A DNA stretch of 64,000 bases from Scyliorhinus canicula (lineage: Eukaryota), in NCBI RefSeq assembly GCF_902713615.1, contig NC_052161.1:124952678-125016677 (forward strand), in the 5' to 3' direction. Positions 45,590 through 59,091 of the stretch are shown here, piece after piece; position 1 is the stretch's first letter, and the number at the start of each line of letters is the position of its first letter. Position numbers and translations under genes: made by a program. The notes beneath the pieces were generated by a model. That model made no database searches. It saw only the letters and a program-made list of their open reading frames with translations, and was not told where the DNA came from.

Positions 45590-48500
45590 TAAGTTATTGC
45601 ATTTGTGAATTAATGCAGTGTGAGTGTGTGTGCTGTGACCAGTGGGTTACAGACTCTGTTACTTATCTGGGCTGATTCAGCTTTGGGCAGCAGTAGCCCC
45701 CCACTGGCATGGGGGCTGCCATTAGCCTCAGCACCGTGGGGGAGTTCAATTACATATCACTATCCAGTGACTCGTGCTTGAAAATGGGTGACCATCAGAA
45801 TCAGTATGATTGAACAGCGTGAGGGTGGGTATTCACTGTCTAGGCTGATGGGGAAAGTTACCGGGGGGAGCACTCCCGGCTTGAGCTGAAACGTTCAGGA
45901 GATGAGGGGTGAAAAGTGGGAAAGAAAGTAAAACTGAGCAAATATGAGGACTGTGAGGCAGTTGCTGTTAACCTCCCAGCATTGCTCAGTCACTGTCTTA
46001 TGGTATCAACCTGAAGGTATAGATCTCTTCCCAATTCAATGTCGGTCAGAGGAAGGATATGTGGATGCGGTTGCTAACTCTGGAGAGACTCCAAAGTTTT
46101 ATTGCTTGACCTTCCACTGCCATCAGTTCCACCCCCCCCCCCCCCCCCCCCAAACCTCCTGCCATTGCTTATTGAAATTGAGGTCCTTCTTCTTGGCATC
46201 CCAGTTGCACTGGGAGATGGTCGAGTGGCTGGATTAAATCAAATGGCTGCCTTTTGCAATATTTATCTGATTCCCTTTTGAAAGTTACTATTAAAATCTG
46301 TTTCCATCGCCCTTTCAGGCAGCGCATTCCAGATCGCAGCATAAAAGATGCCCTCATCTTCCCTCTTGTGCCCAGTAGAAACAGTTGCTCCTTGTTTACC
46401 CTATCCAGGTGCCTCATAACGTTGAGCCTCTGTTAACTCGGGGGAGAACTACCCCAACTTCTCTGGTCACTCCACGTGGCTGAAGTTCCCACATTCCTTG
46501 TAAATCACCTGAATTCTCCAAATATACCCCAGATCAAGTACTGGTGTAATCCCTGATCTGCCCCCAGCTCACTAATCTTGGCCTGGCAGCTGTTATTTTG
46601 CTAAAACGATAGAACTGTTCCCCGATGAGAGAATGACCGCCTTCCGGAAAATCTGCATGATTGGCAGTCAGACGAAACCAGTGTCAGGATAAGCTGCGAT
46701 GCGCCCCATGGAAGGGGCAGGCCGAATCGGTGACTGGAGAGGGAAGCATAGCCCATCCCACTTTCCGGAGCTGTGTGGAAGGAGCTGGGACCAATTCAGT
46801 GTGATTGGGCCAAATGGACTGCACGGTTATGATTGTCTGATTTATTTACTGACAGACCTGTGACTAAAACTTCAATCACCGCAGTCAGCGCATACCTAGA
46901 AATATTCAAATCCAAATGAAGATGTGTGACTCCAGTTGTGTATTCCTGTCGGTGGGCTGGCTCAGTGGAATTGGGAATCGGTGAAATAACATTTGAGGAA
47001 TCAATTGAGTTTTGGCTGGTGTCCACTGGAGGGTGCTATTATCTTGCTGCAGACCTCAAATTGATCACCAGATGGCGCTTGATCACTGCTTTCATCTCGA
47101 ATACCATTAGGACTGAATCTCATTTAGACTTAATAAAAATAACCTAATTTGACGTTTATCAATCTAATAGGCACAGCTCTGAGCTCTTGTAGGTATATGC
47201 AGAGGTCCAGATATGAAATGAAGGTAGAAAATGCTCAGCGGATTTGATAACACCTGAAAGTGGGAATAGATCAGCTAATGTAAAAGCAAAATACTGCGGA
47301 CGCTGGTGATCTGAAATAAAATGGAAAATGCTGTAAAATCTCAGTCGGCCTGGCAGCATCTATCGGGAGAGAAGCAGAGTCAACGTTTCGAGTCCAATGT
47401 GACTTCTTCAGAACTGGAGAAAGGCGGGGATGTGATGGGTTTTATCCTGCTGAATAAAGGGGAGGGGCAGGTGGAGCAGAATGGAAGGTCAGGGAGAGGT
47501 TGGAGGACAGAAGAGATTAAATGGCAGTGATGTTATGGAACACAAGACAAAGGGAGCAGTAATGATGGTATTAAAGACTAATGGTGTGATTTACTGGCCG
47601 CGTGCCACCTTGGTGACACAACGAGGCCGTTGAATCTCACGAGAAGCCTCTTACAAGATTTAACCGAACCTGGGTGGGGTGGGGGCACCTGCGAGGCCAC
47701 TAGAGACCCCCAGGTAGTCGGGCATTGGGCAGCCTGGAACACCTGTGGGCACCTTGGCATTAACAGGGTGCCCAGGTGGCATGGCCGGGTTGGCAGTGCC
47801 TAGTTACCCATTCTAGGGGTTGAGCCTGGTGTGCCTTGCCCATATGAGGGGGGGCTCGAGGACCCAAGAGGTGTTAAGTTGGGTGCAGTGGGGGGGGGGG
47901 GGGGGGTTTAGGAGGCCACTGAGGGGGTCGTAAGATTGGGGCTGCCTTTAAAAATGACGCCCCGATCCATGATTACTCTTTTTAAAATTTAGTGTAAGGG
48001 GCAATTTAGTGTGGTCAATCCACCTAACCTGCACATCTTTGGGCTGTGGGGGTGAGACCCACGCAGACGCGGGGAGAATGTGCAAACTCCACACGGACAG
48101 TGACCCAGAGCCGGGATCAAACCCAGTTCCTTGACACCGCGAAGTAGCAGTGCTCACCACTGCACCACCGTGCCACCCTTATCCGTGAGTAATCTTGATG
48201 TAAGTGACCGCGATGGAGCATTCCAAGCCAAGGCCAAAAAAGGCAAAGTGGCGTTGAATAGTGGGGTATTTCTTAATAATAATTTTTGTCACAAGTAGGC
48301 TCACATTAACATTGCAATGAAGTTACTGTGAAAAGCCCCTGTTCACCACATTCGGGTACACAGAGGGAGAATTCAGAATGTCCAGTTCACCTAACAGCGC
48401 GTCTTTGGACTGTGGGAGGAAACCGGAGCACCCGGAGCAAACCCACGCAGACACTGGGAGAACGTGCAGACTCCACACAGACCAGGATCGAATCTGGGAC

Positions 48501-48619
48501 CCTGGAGCTGGGACACAACAGTGCTACCCACTTGGTGCTGCAGGTGCCGAGAAACACCCCATTAAACACGCCCGAAAACGGACTCCATTTTCTTCCGGTT
48601 AAATCTCACTTTAAAGCTT

Positions 48620-49715
48620 TGGTCCAGAGTAGGTGTTAATATAAGAGCAAAGGACAGTGCAGTACAAAAGCAAAAACATGAGAACAAGGTATAGATAGGC
48701 ACTAAGGGGGGAAATTCAATACGGAGGACAGAGTTCATGGTCTGAAGTTGCTGAACTCAGTGTTAAGTCAGAACGTTGTAAAGTGCCTAATTGGAAGATG
48801 AGATGTTGTTCCTCCAGCTTACCTTGGGCTTTACTGGAGCAAGTCAAGGACAGAAATGAGGGAAAGGTGGTGAATTGAAATGCAAGTGACAGGAAGGTTG
48901 GGTCTGTGCTTGTGGGCTGAGCGAAGGTGTTCTGCAAAGTGGTCACACATTCTGCATTTAGTCTTCCCAATGTCAAGGAGACCTCATTGCCAGCAACGAA
49001 TACAGACGACTAGATTAGAAGAAGTGCAAGTGGAACGCAGCTTCACCTGGAGGGAGTGTTTGTGGCCTTGGATGGCGAGGATGGAAGTGGTCAAGGGGCA
49101 GGTTTTGCACTGTATACGTTTGCAGGGGAAGGTGCTGAGAATGATTGAGGAATGGACCAGCCAGTGTGTCAGAGGTGGAATGGTCTCTTTGGAATGCGAG
49201 GAGAGGAGGGGAAGATGTGTTTAGTGGTGACGTTATGGTGCAGTCGGTGGAAATGACAGAGGGTGATTCTGAATACAGAGGCTGGTGGGATGGGAAGTGA
49301 AAACAAGGTGCCCTTGTCATTGGCTGAGGAAAAATAAATAGCTATGCCATTGTGGAAGGGAGCATTATCAGAACAGATGTGATGGAGAAACTGGGAGACT
49401 GGGATAGAGTCCTTGGAGGATTCTAGTTGAGGTAACTATGAGAGTGGGCTTGTGATTAATACTGGTAGATAGTCTATCACTAGAAATGGTGACTGAGAAG
49501 TCAAGGAAAGGGTAGAAAGTGTCAGGGGTGGACCATGTGAAGGTGAAAGTGGAATGGAAATTGAAAGGAAAAGCTGATGATTTTTTTCCAGTTCTGGACA
49601 AGAGCAAGGAACTGATGTACAGGAAAAACAGTTGTGTGAGGGGGACTGGAACAAGGAATGTTCCACATGGCTCACAAGAAGACAGGCATAACCAGGGCCC
49701 ATGCAGGTTCCCATA
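48620..49715 (-). mobile_element. Penelope-like element, degraded RT and GIY-YIG 3' portion
   Basis: MGTCMGPGYACLLVSHVEHSLF (Penelope RT motif), PFLDFSVTI...KPT, and KLEEQHLIFQLGTLQ (endonuclease C-terminus). Confidence 0.8.
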
Positions 49716-49825
49716 GATTAGCTAATACCTGTGTTTGTGACATTGGAAGGAGCAAGAGGCTTTGAACAACTTCAAAATGTGAGGAAAAAACATTATTTAT
49801 GTCGCAATTTACACATCTTTCAGAC

Positions 49826-52060
49826 TGTAATAAACTTCAAGAATTGGCTTCACCAGTGAACTTAAGAAATATCGATTTATTCCAACTGTAAATAACTATT
49901 TGCACAGTGTTTGAAAATGACCTTTCCATATTTGTGATCGAGGGTCCAACACCTGGGTCAAGTCCCAACATTCCAGTGAATTCCCAACTCCTTAAAAGGG
50001 CCTAGCTACTACATCTCTCTTCTTTAAGTTCCCAATTACACATGGAAAAAATTAAATGACACAATTGCCAGAACAGTAACGATCATGAACATTTTTATGT
50101 TCGTCCACCAATAACTCAGTCTGCCCGGTGATGCCTTCTTTCTCGTAGAGCGACGTAGCTCCAGTGACTGAGGTTCTGAGGTAGTTACTGTTGGCCTTAT
50201 TCCACAAGGATTCCCTCCTGGTACCGCTCTTTTTGCCTTTCTCTTTTTCTTGGGGGCTAAAACTTTGGCCAGTTATTGGCTGATCCAACAGTTCACTCCA
50301 TGGGCAACCCACAATGCTTCCTGCTGGCACAATTGGATCAGGTTCCTGTAGCATTGGCTCTCGGGGCGGCTCTCCTCCACGCAACTGGCTCATGTACTTA
50401 TTTAAAATATTGTCCTTTAACCTCATGGGTCGCCGGCCCTGTTCGGCCACAACAACTCCTGGAACCCAATTTGGTCCATTACGGAAATACTCCACAAACA
50501 CTGGATCCTCTATCTTGAACGCTCTTGTACTTTTAAATAAATTGTGGTTCCTCTGGCTTGTCTCTACCCTCCCCGCTAAATTTGGGAACACCAGGTTTAA
50601 CCTGGTCCTCATTCGATGACCCACCAGCAGCTCAGCTGTAGAGACTCCAGTGGTAATATGCAGGGTGTTCCAGGAACCTCATCAACTTGCCGTTAAAAAT
50701 GCAGGCGGTTGCTTCTTCAAGCCAGTCCTGAAAGTGCACTTCCATCAGCCAGCCCATTGATGAAGGATGAAATGGTGCCATTCTGATATGTTTTATGGGC
50801 TGCATGGTAGCACAGCGGTTAGCACAGTGGCTTCACAGCGCCAGGTTCGATTCCCGGCTTGGGTCACTGTCTTTGCGGAGTCTGCACATTCTCCCCGTGT
50901 CTGCCTGGGTTTCCTCTGGGTGCTCCCTGTTTCCTCCCACAGTCCAAAGAAGTGCAGGGGTAGGTGGATGGGCCATGATCAATTGCCCTTAGTGTCCAAA
51001 AAAGGTAAGGTAGGGTTACAGGGATAGGATGGAAGTGTGGGGATAGGGTGGAGGTGTGGGCTTAGGTAGGGTGCTCTTTCCAAGGGCTGGTGCAGACTCG
51101 ATGGGCCGAATGGCCTCCTTCTGCACTGTAAATTCTGTGTGATTCTGTGATTCAAAAGTCACAGACTTCTGAAACTCTGCACTGGTAAATGCCGTTCAGT
51201 TGTCCGAAACGAGAATCTCGGGTATCCCATGGATTGTGAAACATTAGCAGTTTCTCAACTGTGCGTAAGCAGTTGTGGATCTCACCTCAAACTGCCTTCA
51301 CTTAGAATGAGCGTTCACTAACACCACGACCCATAAACAGTCCCATATAGTTGATGAGGCCCCTAAACCATGGTCGACCTGGCCATTCCCATGGATGTAA
51401 CAGAGCTGCAACAGGTAACTTCTTCTGAAATTGGCACTCTTTCAATTACAGAGCAGTTGCCAGGCCAGCACATGTAGCTTCTCACCTGCATCATCACCTT
51501 AGACACGCCTGGATCAGCATTATGTAACTCTTCCAGTAATACTTCTCTTCCTGGTCTGCAGATTACCACTCTCGATCTCTAAAGGAAGGTGTTATCCTCA
51601 CAGCTGAGCTCATCTTTCCCGATCTGGTAAGGATTCATTTCCTCTGAAGCTCTCTCGTTCTGCCAGCCACACAATGTCATCTGTTTCACCTTCTACAACA
51701 CTGGGTCTCTGTCCAGTACTTAATCTGTTGAGCCAACACTGGCAAAGCATCTAGAAAATGTATAGCCGTTCTTATCTCTTCTGGCAGTGTGGGAGGTGCC
51801 GCTTTGTCTGGTAAAGGAATATGTCTCGGGTGTCTGCGTTGGCTATTTGTGTCTCTGGGTGATGTTTAATGGTGTACTCATAAACCAACAGGAACACCCT
51901 CTGCTGTATCCGGGCCAAAGCTATTGGTGGAAAGGCCTCATCTTCCTTGAATAAACTCAACAGTGACTTGTTGTCTATCACTGAAGTGAAATGTCTCCCG
52001 AATAGATATTGGTGGAACTTTCTGATGCCACAGGTGACATCTAGGCCTCTCTTGATTTAT
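49826..52060 (-). mobile_element. Degraded Gypsy (K02A2.6-like) LTR retrotransposon: RNase H and integrase plus 3' LTR (about 49826-50013); SINE inserted at about 50797-51150
   Basis: IDNKSLLSLF...ARIQQR...YEYTIKHHPETQIANAD; LLEELHNADPGVSKV...RSYMCWPG; GHRMRTRLNLVFP...WVPGVV; polypurine tract aaagaagagaga followed by TGTAGTAG...TTATTACA. Confidence 0.85.
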
Positions 52061-52099
52061 GATTAGTTATTTACATCTGTAAGGGTTCTGGACGTAATA

Positions 52100-52660
52100 A
52101 ATAATAATCTTTATTATTGTCACAAGAGGCTTACATTAACACTAATGAAGTTACTGTGAAAATCCCCTGGTCGCCACATTCCGGCGCCTGTTCGGGTACA
52201 CAGAGGGAGAATTCAGAATGTCCAATTCACCGAACAAGCAAGTCTTTCGGGACTTGTGGGAGGAAACCAGAGCAACCGGAGGAAACCCACGCAGACACGG
52301 GAAGAACGTGCAGACTCCACGTAGACAGTGACCCAAGCCGGGAAACGAACCTGGAAACCTGGTGCTGTGAAGCAACAGTGCCAACCACTGCCACAGGTCT
52401 CTCCGAACCATCATCCATTCTGTGGGATAAAACTGCCCCAGCACCATATGGGGACATGTTAGTACTATCTTCTTGGAGGCGGCATGGTGCCGCAGTGGTT
52501 AGCACCGCTGCCTCATGGTGCCGAGGACCCGGCTCCAGGTCACTGACCATGTGGAGTTTGCACATTCTCCCTGTGTCTGCGTGGGTCTCACCCCCACAAC
52601 CCAAAGCTGTGCAGGGTAGGTGGATTGGCCATGCTAAATTGGCCCAAATCTAAATTTCAG
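52100..52660. mobile_element. Two head-to-head SINEs (about 52100-52395 minus, 52477-52660 plus)
   Basis: V core in both orientations. Confidence 0.8.
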
Positions 52661-53289
52661 CACGTTAGTACGTAAATGATAAGTCCAAATACGCAAAATA
52701 AGAAAAGTCCCTTAATGATAATTCCTGTGCCACCCATTCAATTGGAAAGTCAACCCCAATAAGTGTAATCAAAGGGTTGGTCAAGATGTTTTGACTTTGT
52801 ATTGGATGTGAATTGCTAAGTCTTTGACATCTTCTGGATTGTTCACAAAAGCTTGTAGAAAGGGTTAATTTTCCTGCAGAGACAAAAAATGCTTATAGTG
52901 GGTGGATAACTTGGAATGATGCCATTTGCATATATATGTCATATGTGTCACTCAAATGGACTGGGAGTAACAGTTGGATTGCTGCCAAATTCCTGCTATC
53001 AAATGTCTTTGAACGATGTGTTCTTTTGGAATATAGATTTGCTTTTAGTCAGAGTTTTTTTTAAAGAAACCAGCTTCCACATTGCTTGAAGTTTTAATTT
53101 CCAGACTAATTTTAAACATTTATTTTAAAATATCAAACACAATAACTTATTGAATATATGCCTGAACCAATCTTGTGCTGTATCTTGGTTTCCTGTAGAT
53201 GAATTTGTCGATTCTATTAAAGAAAGCACAGCTAACAAGATTTGTTAATTTCTTTAAATTAATAAAGCAACATTCAGAATAATGACAGT

Positions 53290-54881
53290 TTTCTCAAGTT
53301 GACAGATCTTGGCAACTTTGTAGCGATACGTGACTTGTCCCCTATCCCTGTAGCCAGGAGGCGGGCTTTCATCATAGACCAGTCTGCAACCATGAAATCT
53401 GAAACTCGCAAAATGGTCATCTACAACACAAGAAAGGAATCTTCTGGAATTCTTTTTTGAAGTGAATGCAAGGGTTGGATTTGTTGTTAACAGAGGAGGA
53501 GAGGCAACGATTGACGTGCCTTTGTTAGCAGTTGAGGTTTAGGACTGAGGTCTGGGTAGGATCAAGTTTAAAGCTGCGGGGTGACACAGTGGCACAGTGG
53601 TTAGCATTGCTGCCTACGGCGCTGAGGACCCGGGTTTCAATCCCGGCCCTGGGTCACTGTCCGTGTGGAGTTTGCACATTCTCCCCGTGTCTGCGTGGGT
53701 TTCACCCCCACAACCCAAAGATGTGCAGGTTAGGTGGATTGGCCATGCTAAATTGCCCCTTAATTGGGAAAAATAATTGGGTACTCTAAAATTTGAAAAA
53801 AAAAGTTTAAAGCTGCAGACAGTTCTGGTGGCTGTTTGGTGCTTAATGGGTTAAGTTGTATTACATTTGTTTGCCACTAGGCTCGTCTCTTAACCGAACA
53901 GGCTTTTCTGGTTTAAAAATCTCAGTCTATTAAAGCTGCCATGAGAGGCTTTTGGATCATGGCCAGCAGCATTTCTTGGTCGGTCTCAGAATAAGATAAC
54001 TTTGTTCTGGGGTAAAAGTGTCCTTGACAGATAGTTCATTTGGGCAGACCCCCCCTTGTGGAACTTTGATCAGTGTATTCATTGTTTTCATGTCAGTAGC
54101 AGCTTGCAATAATGTAAGATTTAATTTAGTTATCACTGGTACACCTTGGGTCTTAGTTAATATCATTTCGAATTGTCCGTTTGGTAGCGCTGATTTAAAA
54201 AAAAACAGATTTGAAGTCTCTTGTGCTGTTAATTTGTCTGTCAGTAATTTGTTACGACATTTCAGGGTGTCCATGTCACTTTCCAAAATACATTTTTCCT
54301 CAAGTAACTGGAAATTTTGACTTTTGATTTGCTCAATTTCTGTTTGTAACTGTTGGTATTTTGACTCTGATTCAACAGCTTTACGTGGCAATTCTCCATT
54401 TTGAAATGATAGTTGTTGAACCTTAAAAGATTTCATTTTCCAACAATGTTTTAATCTGATCACATTGTTCAAGTTTAGATTTTGCATCTCGTACTTCTTC
54501 AATAACTGCTGCTAGTTGGTCTTTAGCGGACTTAAGCTCATGATCGAATTTAGTTTTTGCAATTGTCTCTTGATGCTTTTGGAGCTGTGCCGTTAGTGCA
54601 AAAGATCATTTCATGCATTTCCCACCATTTAACCCTGTGGTTTTCCCCCATTCCTTCTTGATATTATCAAGGGACCATTGTCCTTTGGGGATATCATATT
54701 TTGATTCCATTTTTGTGGCAACTTCAGACAGTCCAAATTGTCTACAAATCAAAGATCCAAGATCATCCAATACATCGTCAGTGGAGACATCCGGTACAGC
54801 ACGACCTCCCTTGCACGTTGTGGGAAGTAGTTCTCTACCATTTGAAGGTTCTGAATCTATTTTAGGAGTCATTTCCTCCAT
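53290..54881 (-). pseudogene. Disrupted intronless coiled-coil ORF, possibly gag-like retroelement relic; interrupted by a SINE at 53578-53802
   Basis: ORF 54881-54606 continues in frame past TGA (SFALTAQLQKHQETIAKTKFDHELKSAKDQLAAVIEEVRDAKSKLEQCDQIKTLLENEIF), then shifts frame into KVQQLSFQNGEL...KYQQLQTEIEQIKSQNFQLLEEK. The SINE has TSD aagtttaaagctgc. Confidence 0.45.
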
Positions 54882-55399
54882 AAACTCAGCCTTACACCCA
54901 ATTTTGTGGTCGCCAACTGCTTTTGTGTATCTGTGTACACTACCGTGACTATTTTTTCAGTCCCGTTTTATTTTAGTTTCAATGACTGGCACCTTTAACA
55001 CAGTCTATAAAAAGGTCCTTTCTAAGGGGTCGAAGCACTGCTTGATGCGGCTTTAAGAATGAGCGACACGGTGCAACTAACTGGATAACGATAACAATTC
55101 GAAAGAGCCACCACAAACATGATGGGCTGAAGAGCCTCCTTCAGTGCTGTAAGATTCTGTGCCATTCCTTTAGACAAGACTATTCAAAGCACATTTGGCT
55201 AGCCTCCCATTCTCCACCTTCCGGGAATTTGAGATCAATCATCCGTGGTGTTCGTGCCTTTTTTAAAAAATGTATTTTATCCCAAACTCATGTAAGGTTA
55301 TAAAACATAAACAATTCAGAGAGAATACTCTCCAACCCCCTCCACCCCCCCTCCCAAACCCCCCCCCCCCCCCCCCCCCACGGCGACAAACAGCTCTGT

Positions 55400-55625
55400 G
55401 GGACTGGTTTAGCACAGTGGGGCTGCTTTAGCACAGGGCTAAATCACTGGCTTTTAAAGCAGACCAAGGCAGGCCAGCAGCACGGTTCAATTCCCGTACT
55501 AGCCTTCCCGAACAGGCGTCGTCGGAATGTGGTGACTAGGGGCTTTTCACAGTAACTTCACTTGAAGCCTATTGTGACAATAAGCGAGTTTCATTTCGCT
55601 CCATTTTCATTTTCATTTCATTTCA
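55400..55625 (+). mobile_element. gggctggtttagcacag-head SINE with (CATTT)n tail
   Basis: Sister of copies at 21445, 38905 (minus) and 41822. Confidence 0.8.
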
Positions 55626-56548
55626 AACACGGCCACAAACATTCCCCACCCAGCCTCAAAACCTCTACTGAACCCTTTAATTGGTACATGCCCTTTTCCA
55701 GCCGAAGAAAGTCATATAAGTCAGCCAGCCAGGGAAATCATGGCAAAAATGGAGGTGACCCATTCTGGTGCAGACCTGATGGAGTGGCCTTACACAACTG
55801 AACTTGCCAGACCATTACCCAGAAATGGGAGGGTTTAATTTTTCAGACCTTCACGTCAGAAGACAACTATGAGTAGGGTTGCCAAATGTGATTAAGTGTA
55901 TTCCAGGAGGCGTCATCACATGGCTTGACCTTAAGCTCCGGCCATTCATTGGCCAACACATTCATCCTTGTGACATACGAACCAATGGGAAGCAAAAAGA
56001 CTCATCACCCAATTGGATGAATCTTGACTGTCCGCCAAACAGACCTTTTCTGTCCATTTTCAATATTTTCATACCTGGTAAAGAGTAATGTTCAAAGAAA
56101 ATGACAAACAAAACACAATCTTCTGAAAGTCCCGACAATTTTCCTCTTGGTTTGTAAACAGCAGTACCGTGGAGATTGCTTTTCAATTCTGAAGACTCAA
56201 TGCCTGGGGATTGGCAACTCCAGCAATCAGGCAAGTGTTGAGAGCACACCTTGACTGCCCTGAAAACAGGGAGAAACTGATATACTGGGGCCAGCGCAGG
56301 GAAAATTTAGCAGAGGTCACGAATATAATAGAAAACAACAAAGGTTTAACTGCAGGAATGATATGAAAAGTTAATTTTTACATATGAATATCCAAGTTAG
56401 GAGCTGGAGTAGGCCACTTGGCCTTCAAATCTGCTCTGCCATTCACTAAGAGGGATCAACCCTGGCAGGACAAATGACACCAGGAATATAATTCAACAGC
56501 ATTCAACAACAACATATTTATATAGCAGCTTTAAAATCATAAAATGTC

Positions 56549-57017
56549 GGGGCAGCACTGTGGCACAGTGGTTAGCACTGCTGCCTCACGCCACCAAGGA
56601 CCTGGGCTCGATCTCGGCCTTGGGTCACTGTCTGTGTGGAGTTTGCACATTCTCCCCGTGTCCGTGTGGGTCTCATCCCCACAACTCGAAGATGTGCAGG
56701 GTAGGTGGATTGTCCACGCTAAATTGCCCTTCAATTTTGAATTTAAAACAAATCCTACAATGTCCCAAGACACTTCATAAAAGCATTATTTTTTTTTTTT
56801 TATAAATTTAGTGTACCCAATCATTTTTCCAATTAAGGGGCAATTTAGAGTGGCCAATCCACCTAGCTTGCACCTTTTTGGGTTGTGGGGGCGAAACCCA
56901 CGCAAACACGGGGAGAATGTGCAAACTCCACACGGACAGTGACCCAGAGCCGGGATCGAACCTGGGACCTCGGCGCCGTGAGGCAGCAGCGCTACTCACT
57001 GCGCCACCGTGCTGCCC
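56549..57017. mobile_element. Inverted pair of short V-SINE-type SINEs (plus 56549-56745, minus 56790-57017)
   Basis: Second copy has TSD ttcataaaagcattatt. Confidence 0.88.
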
Positions 57018-57070
57018 TTCATAAAAGCATTATTGATTGAAATATGATGCTGAGCCACATACGAAGATAC

Positions 57071-57379
57071 AGGGAAGGATTCTATGCTGCCGATGTCGAA
57101 ATCGCCTTTGCGATCCGGTGGGGAATCCCTTTTGACACCGAAATTGGGGCTGTGCCTGTTTTCGAATGCTCTGCCCCCTCCTAAACGACGGTGAATACGC
57201 CGCATGCCGTTGGGACGGCCTCAGGACGTCACCTGAAGGCCCTCCACCGATGCTCCACCCTTAATGGGCCGACATCCTTACGGCGTGGGTCACTTATGGT
57301 CTGAGTTTTCGTCAACCCTGTGTGTCAGCTGCCGACTGTGTCCAGCGCTGCCACAGTCAGGGGGCAAGCCGCTCCGCTG

Positions 57380-57412
<33 letters not shown>

Positions 57413-57737
57413 CTTTGGCGGGGGCTCGGTGGACTGGTGGTGGGTGGTCCAGGGGTGGCTAGCGGTGTGAAAGAGGGGCACTATCTGGCAGGCCGGATCT
57501 GCGTGTGGCCGGCGCCATGTTGTACTGCGCGACCGCTGCAGGTCATTGTCGTATGCATGCACTGCCAGGGACCCAGCAATGTCCCGACCATTTCTGTCGG
57601 GAACACTGGGGGGGGATTTACGTGGAGCTGCTGCCAGCCCCCCACGTGGCGGATCATTGGTGCAGGGGCAGCGCCGACTTTTTCATCGTAAGACTATGTT
57701 CCTCCGGACATGGCCTCAAAATCGGAGACTCCAGCCC
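57071..57737. mobile_element. GC-rich MITE-like non-autonomous DNA transposon
   Basis: Imperfect terminal inverted repeats gggaaggattct / ggagactccagccc; CpG-rich interior; no coding signal. Confidence 0.5.
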
Positions 57738-57881
57738 ATAAGATGATCAAAAAGCATTTGGTAAAAGTGGAATTACCGAAAGGAAGATAGAGTGAACGAA
57801 GATAAAGGCAGGTCTTGGGGTCCAGGCAACAATCTTAGTTCAAGGGCTGTTCGTGATGAAGTTTTAAAAAAGTAGCTGAAC

Positions 57882-58108
57882 AGGTGGCACGGTGGCACAG
57901 TGGTTAGCATTGCTGCCTACGGCGCTGAGGACCCGGGTTTGAATCCCGGCTCTGGGTCACTGTCCGTGTGGAGTTTGCACATTCTCCCCGTGTTGGCGTG
58001 GGATTCACCCGCACAACCCAAAAGATGTGCAGGCTAGGTGGATTGGCCACGCTAAATTGCCCCTTAATTGGAAAAAAATAATTGGGTAATCTAAATTTTA
58101 AAAAAAAG
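57882..58108 (+). mobile_element. Short V-SINE-type SINE
   Basis: Flanking direct repeat gtagctgaa. Confidence 0.85.
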
Positions 58109-58429
58109 GTAGCTGAAGACACAGCCATTAATTTTGAAAAACAAAGATTCATTCATCACCTATGGGCCTACATTTGTTGCCCATTCCTAATTCAGGGTCT
58201 GGAGTCATATATGGGCCAGATTTCCTTCCCTAAAGGGCATTACTAAACCAGATGGGTTTTTATGACAATGGCTGCAAGGTCATCATTAGGCTTTTAGTTC
58301 CAGATTTTTTAATGGCATTCAAATTTCACCATCTGCCCTGGTGGGATTTGAACCTGGGTCCCCAGAGCTTTGCCCTGGAGTCACTAGATTACTAGGCCAG
58401 TGAGAATACCACTACACCACTGCCTCCCT

Positions 58430-59050
58430 TTAAGTGACTGGAGCAATGAAACTCAGGGCTGCTCAAGGGGCCAGAATTGGAGGGGTGCAGACACGTTGGT
58501 GAGTTATGGGGCTGGAGGAGATTATGGAATTCTCTGACGATGATTAGATGGATAAGAATGGAACCAGGTGAAAGGAGTCCCACCCAGCTGGACGAATGTG
58601 GAGAGGCATTAGAGCTGGATGGTATGGTCAACTGTATCAAAGGCTGCACACTGGCTGAGGACAACACTGAGGACGAATTGTCCTTGTCACAGTCATATAC
58701 GATGCCATTTGTTGCTTTGATAAGAGCTGTTGTGGTACTGTGACGGGCGGAATTTGTTTGAAGGGGTTCAAACATGGAGTTAGCTGCATTAAAGATGGTA
58801 ACAGATTTGGGGGGCGCCCTTTGGCGAGAAAGAGAGGTTGGAGCTGCGGTGGTAGTTTGCAAAGATGGTGGGGTCAAGAATTGCTTTTTGAGGAGAGGGG
58901 TGATAATGGCAGATTTACAGAGAAAAGAACAATGCCCCTAGAGAACCATAAACAATATTTGGCTAATGTGAGGTCCAAGAGGGGAAGTTTGGTGATCAAG
59001 AGCTTTGTGGACATAAGTTCGACAGAGCAGGGTGTGGGTCATAAATATAT
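58430..59050 (-). mobile_element. Degraded L2 LINE RT fragment
   Basis: HSTTTALIKATNGIVYDCDKD resembles the L2 HSTETAL.KV.ND motif. Confidence 0.65.
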
Positions 59051-59091
59051 ATAATCTAACGGAGCAGCTATAGAAGTGAAGATGAGACAAT

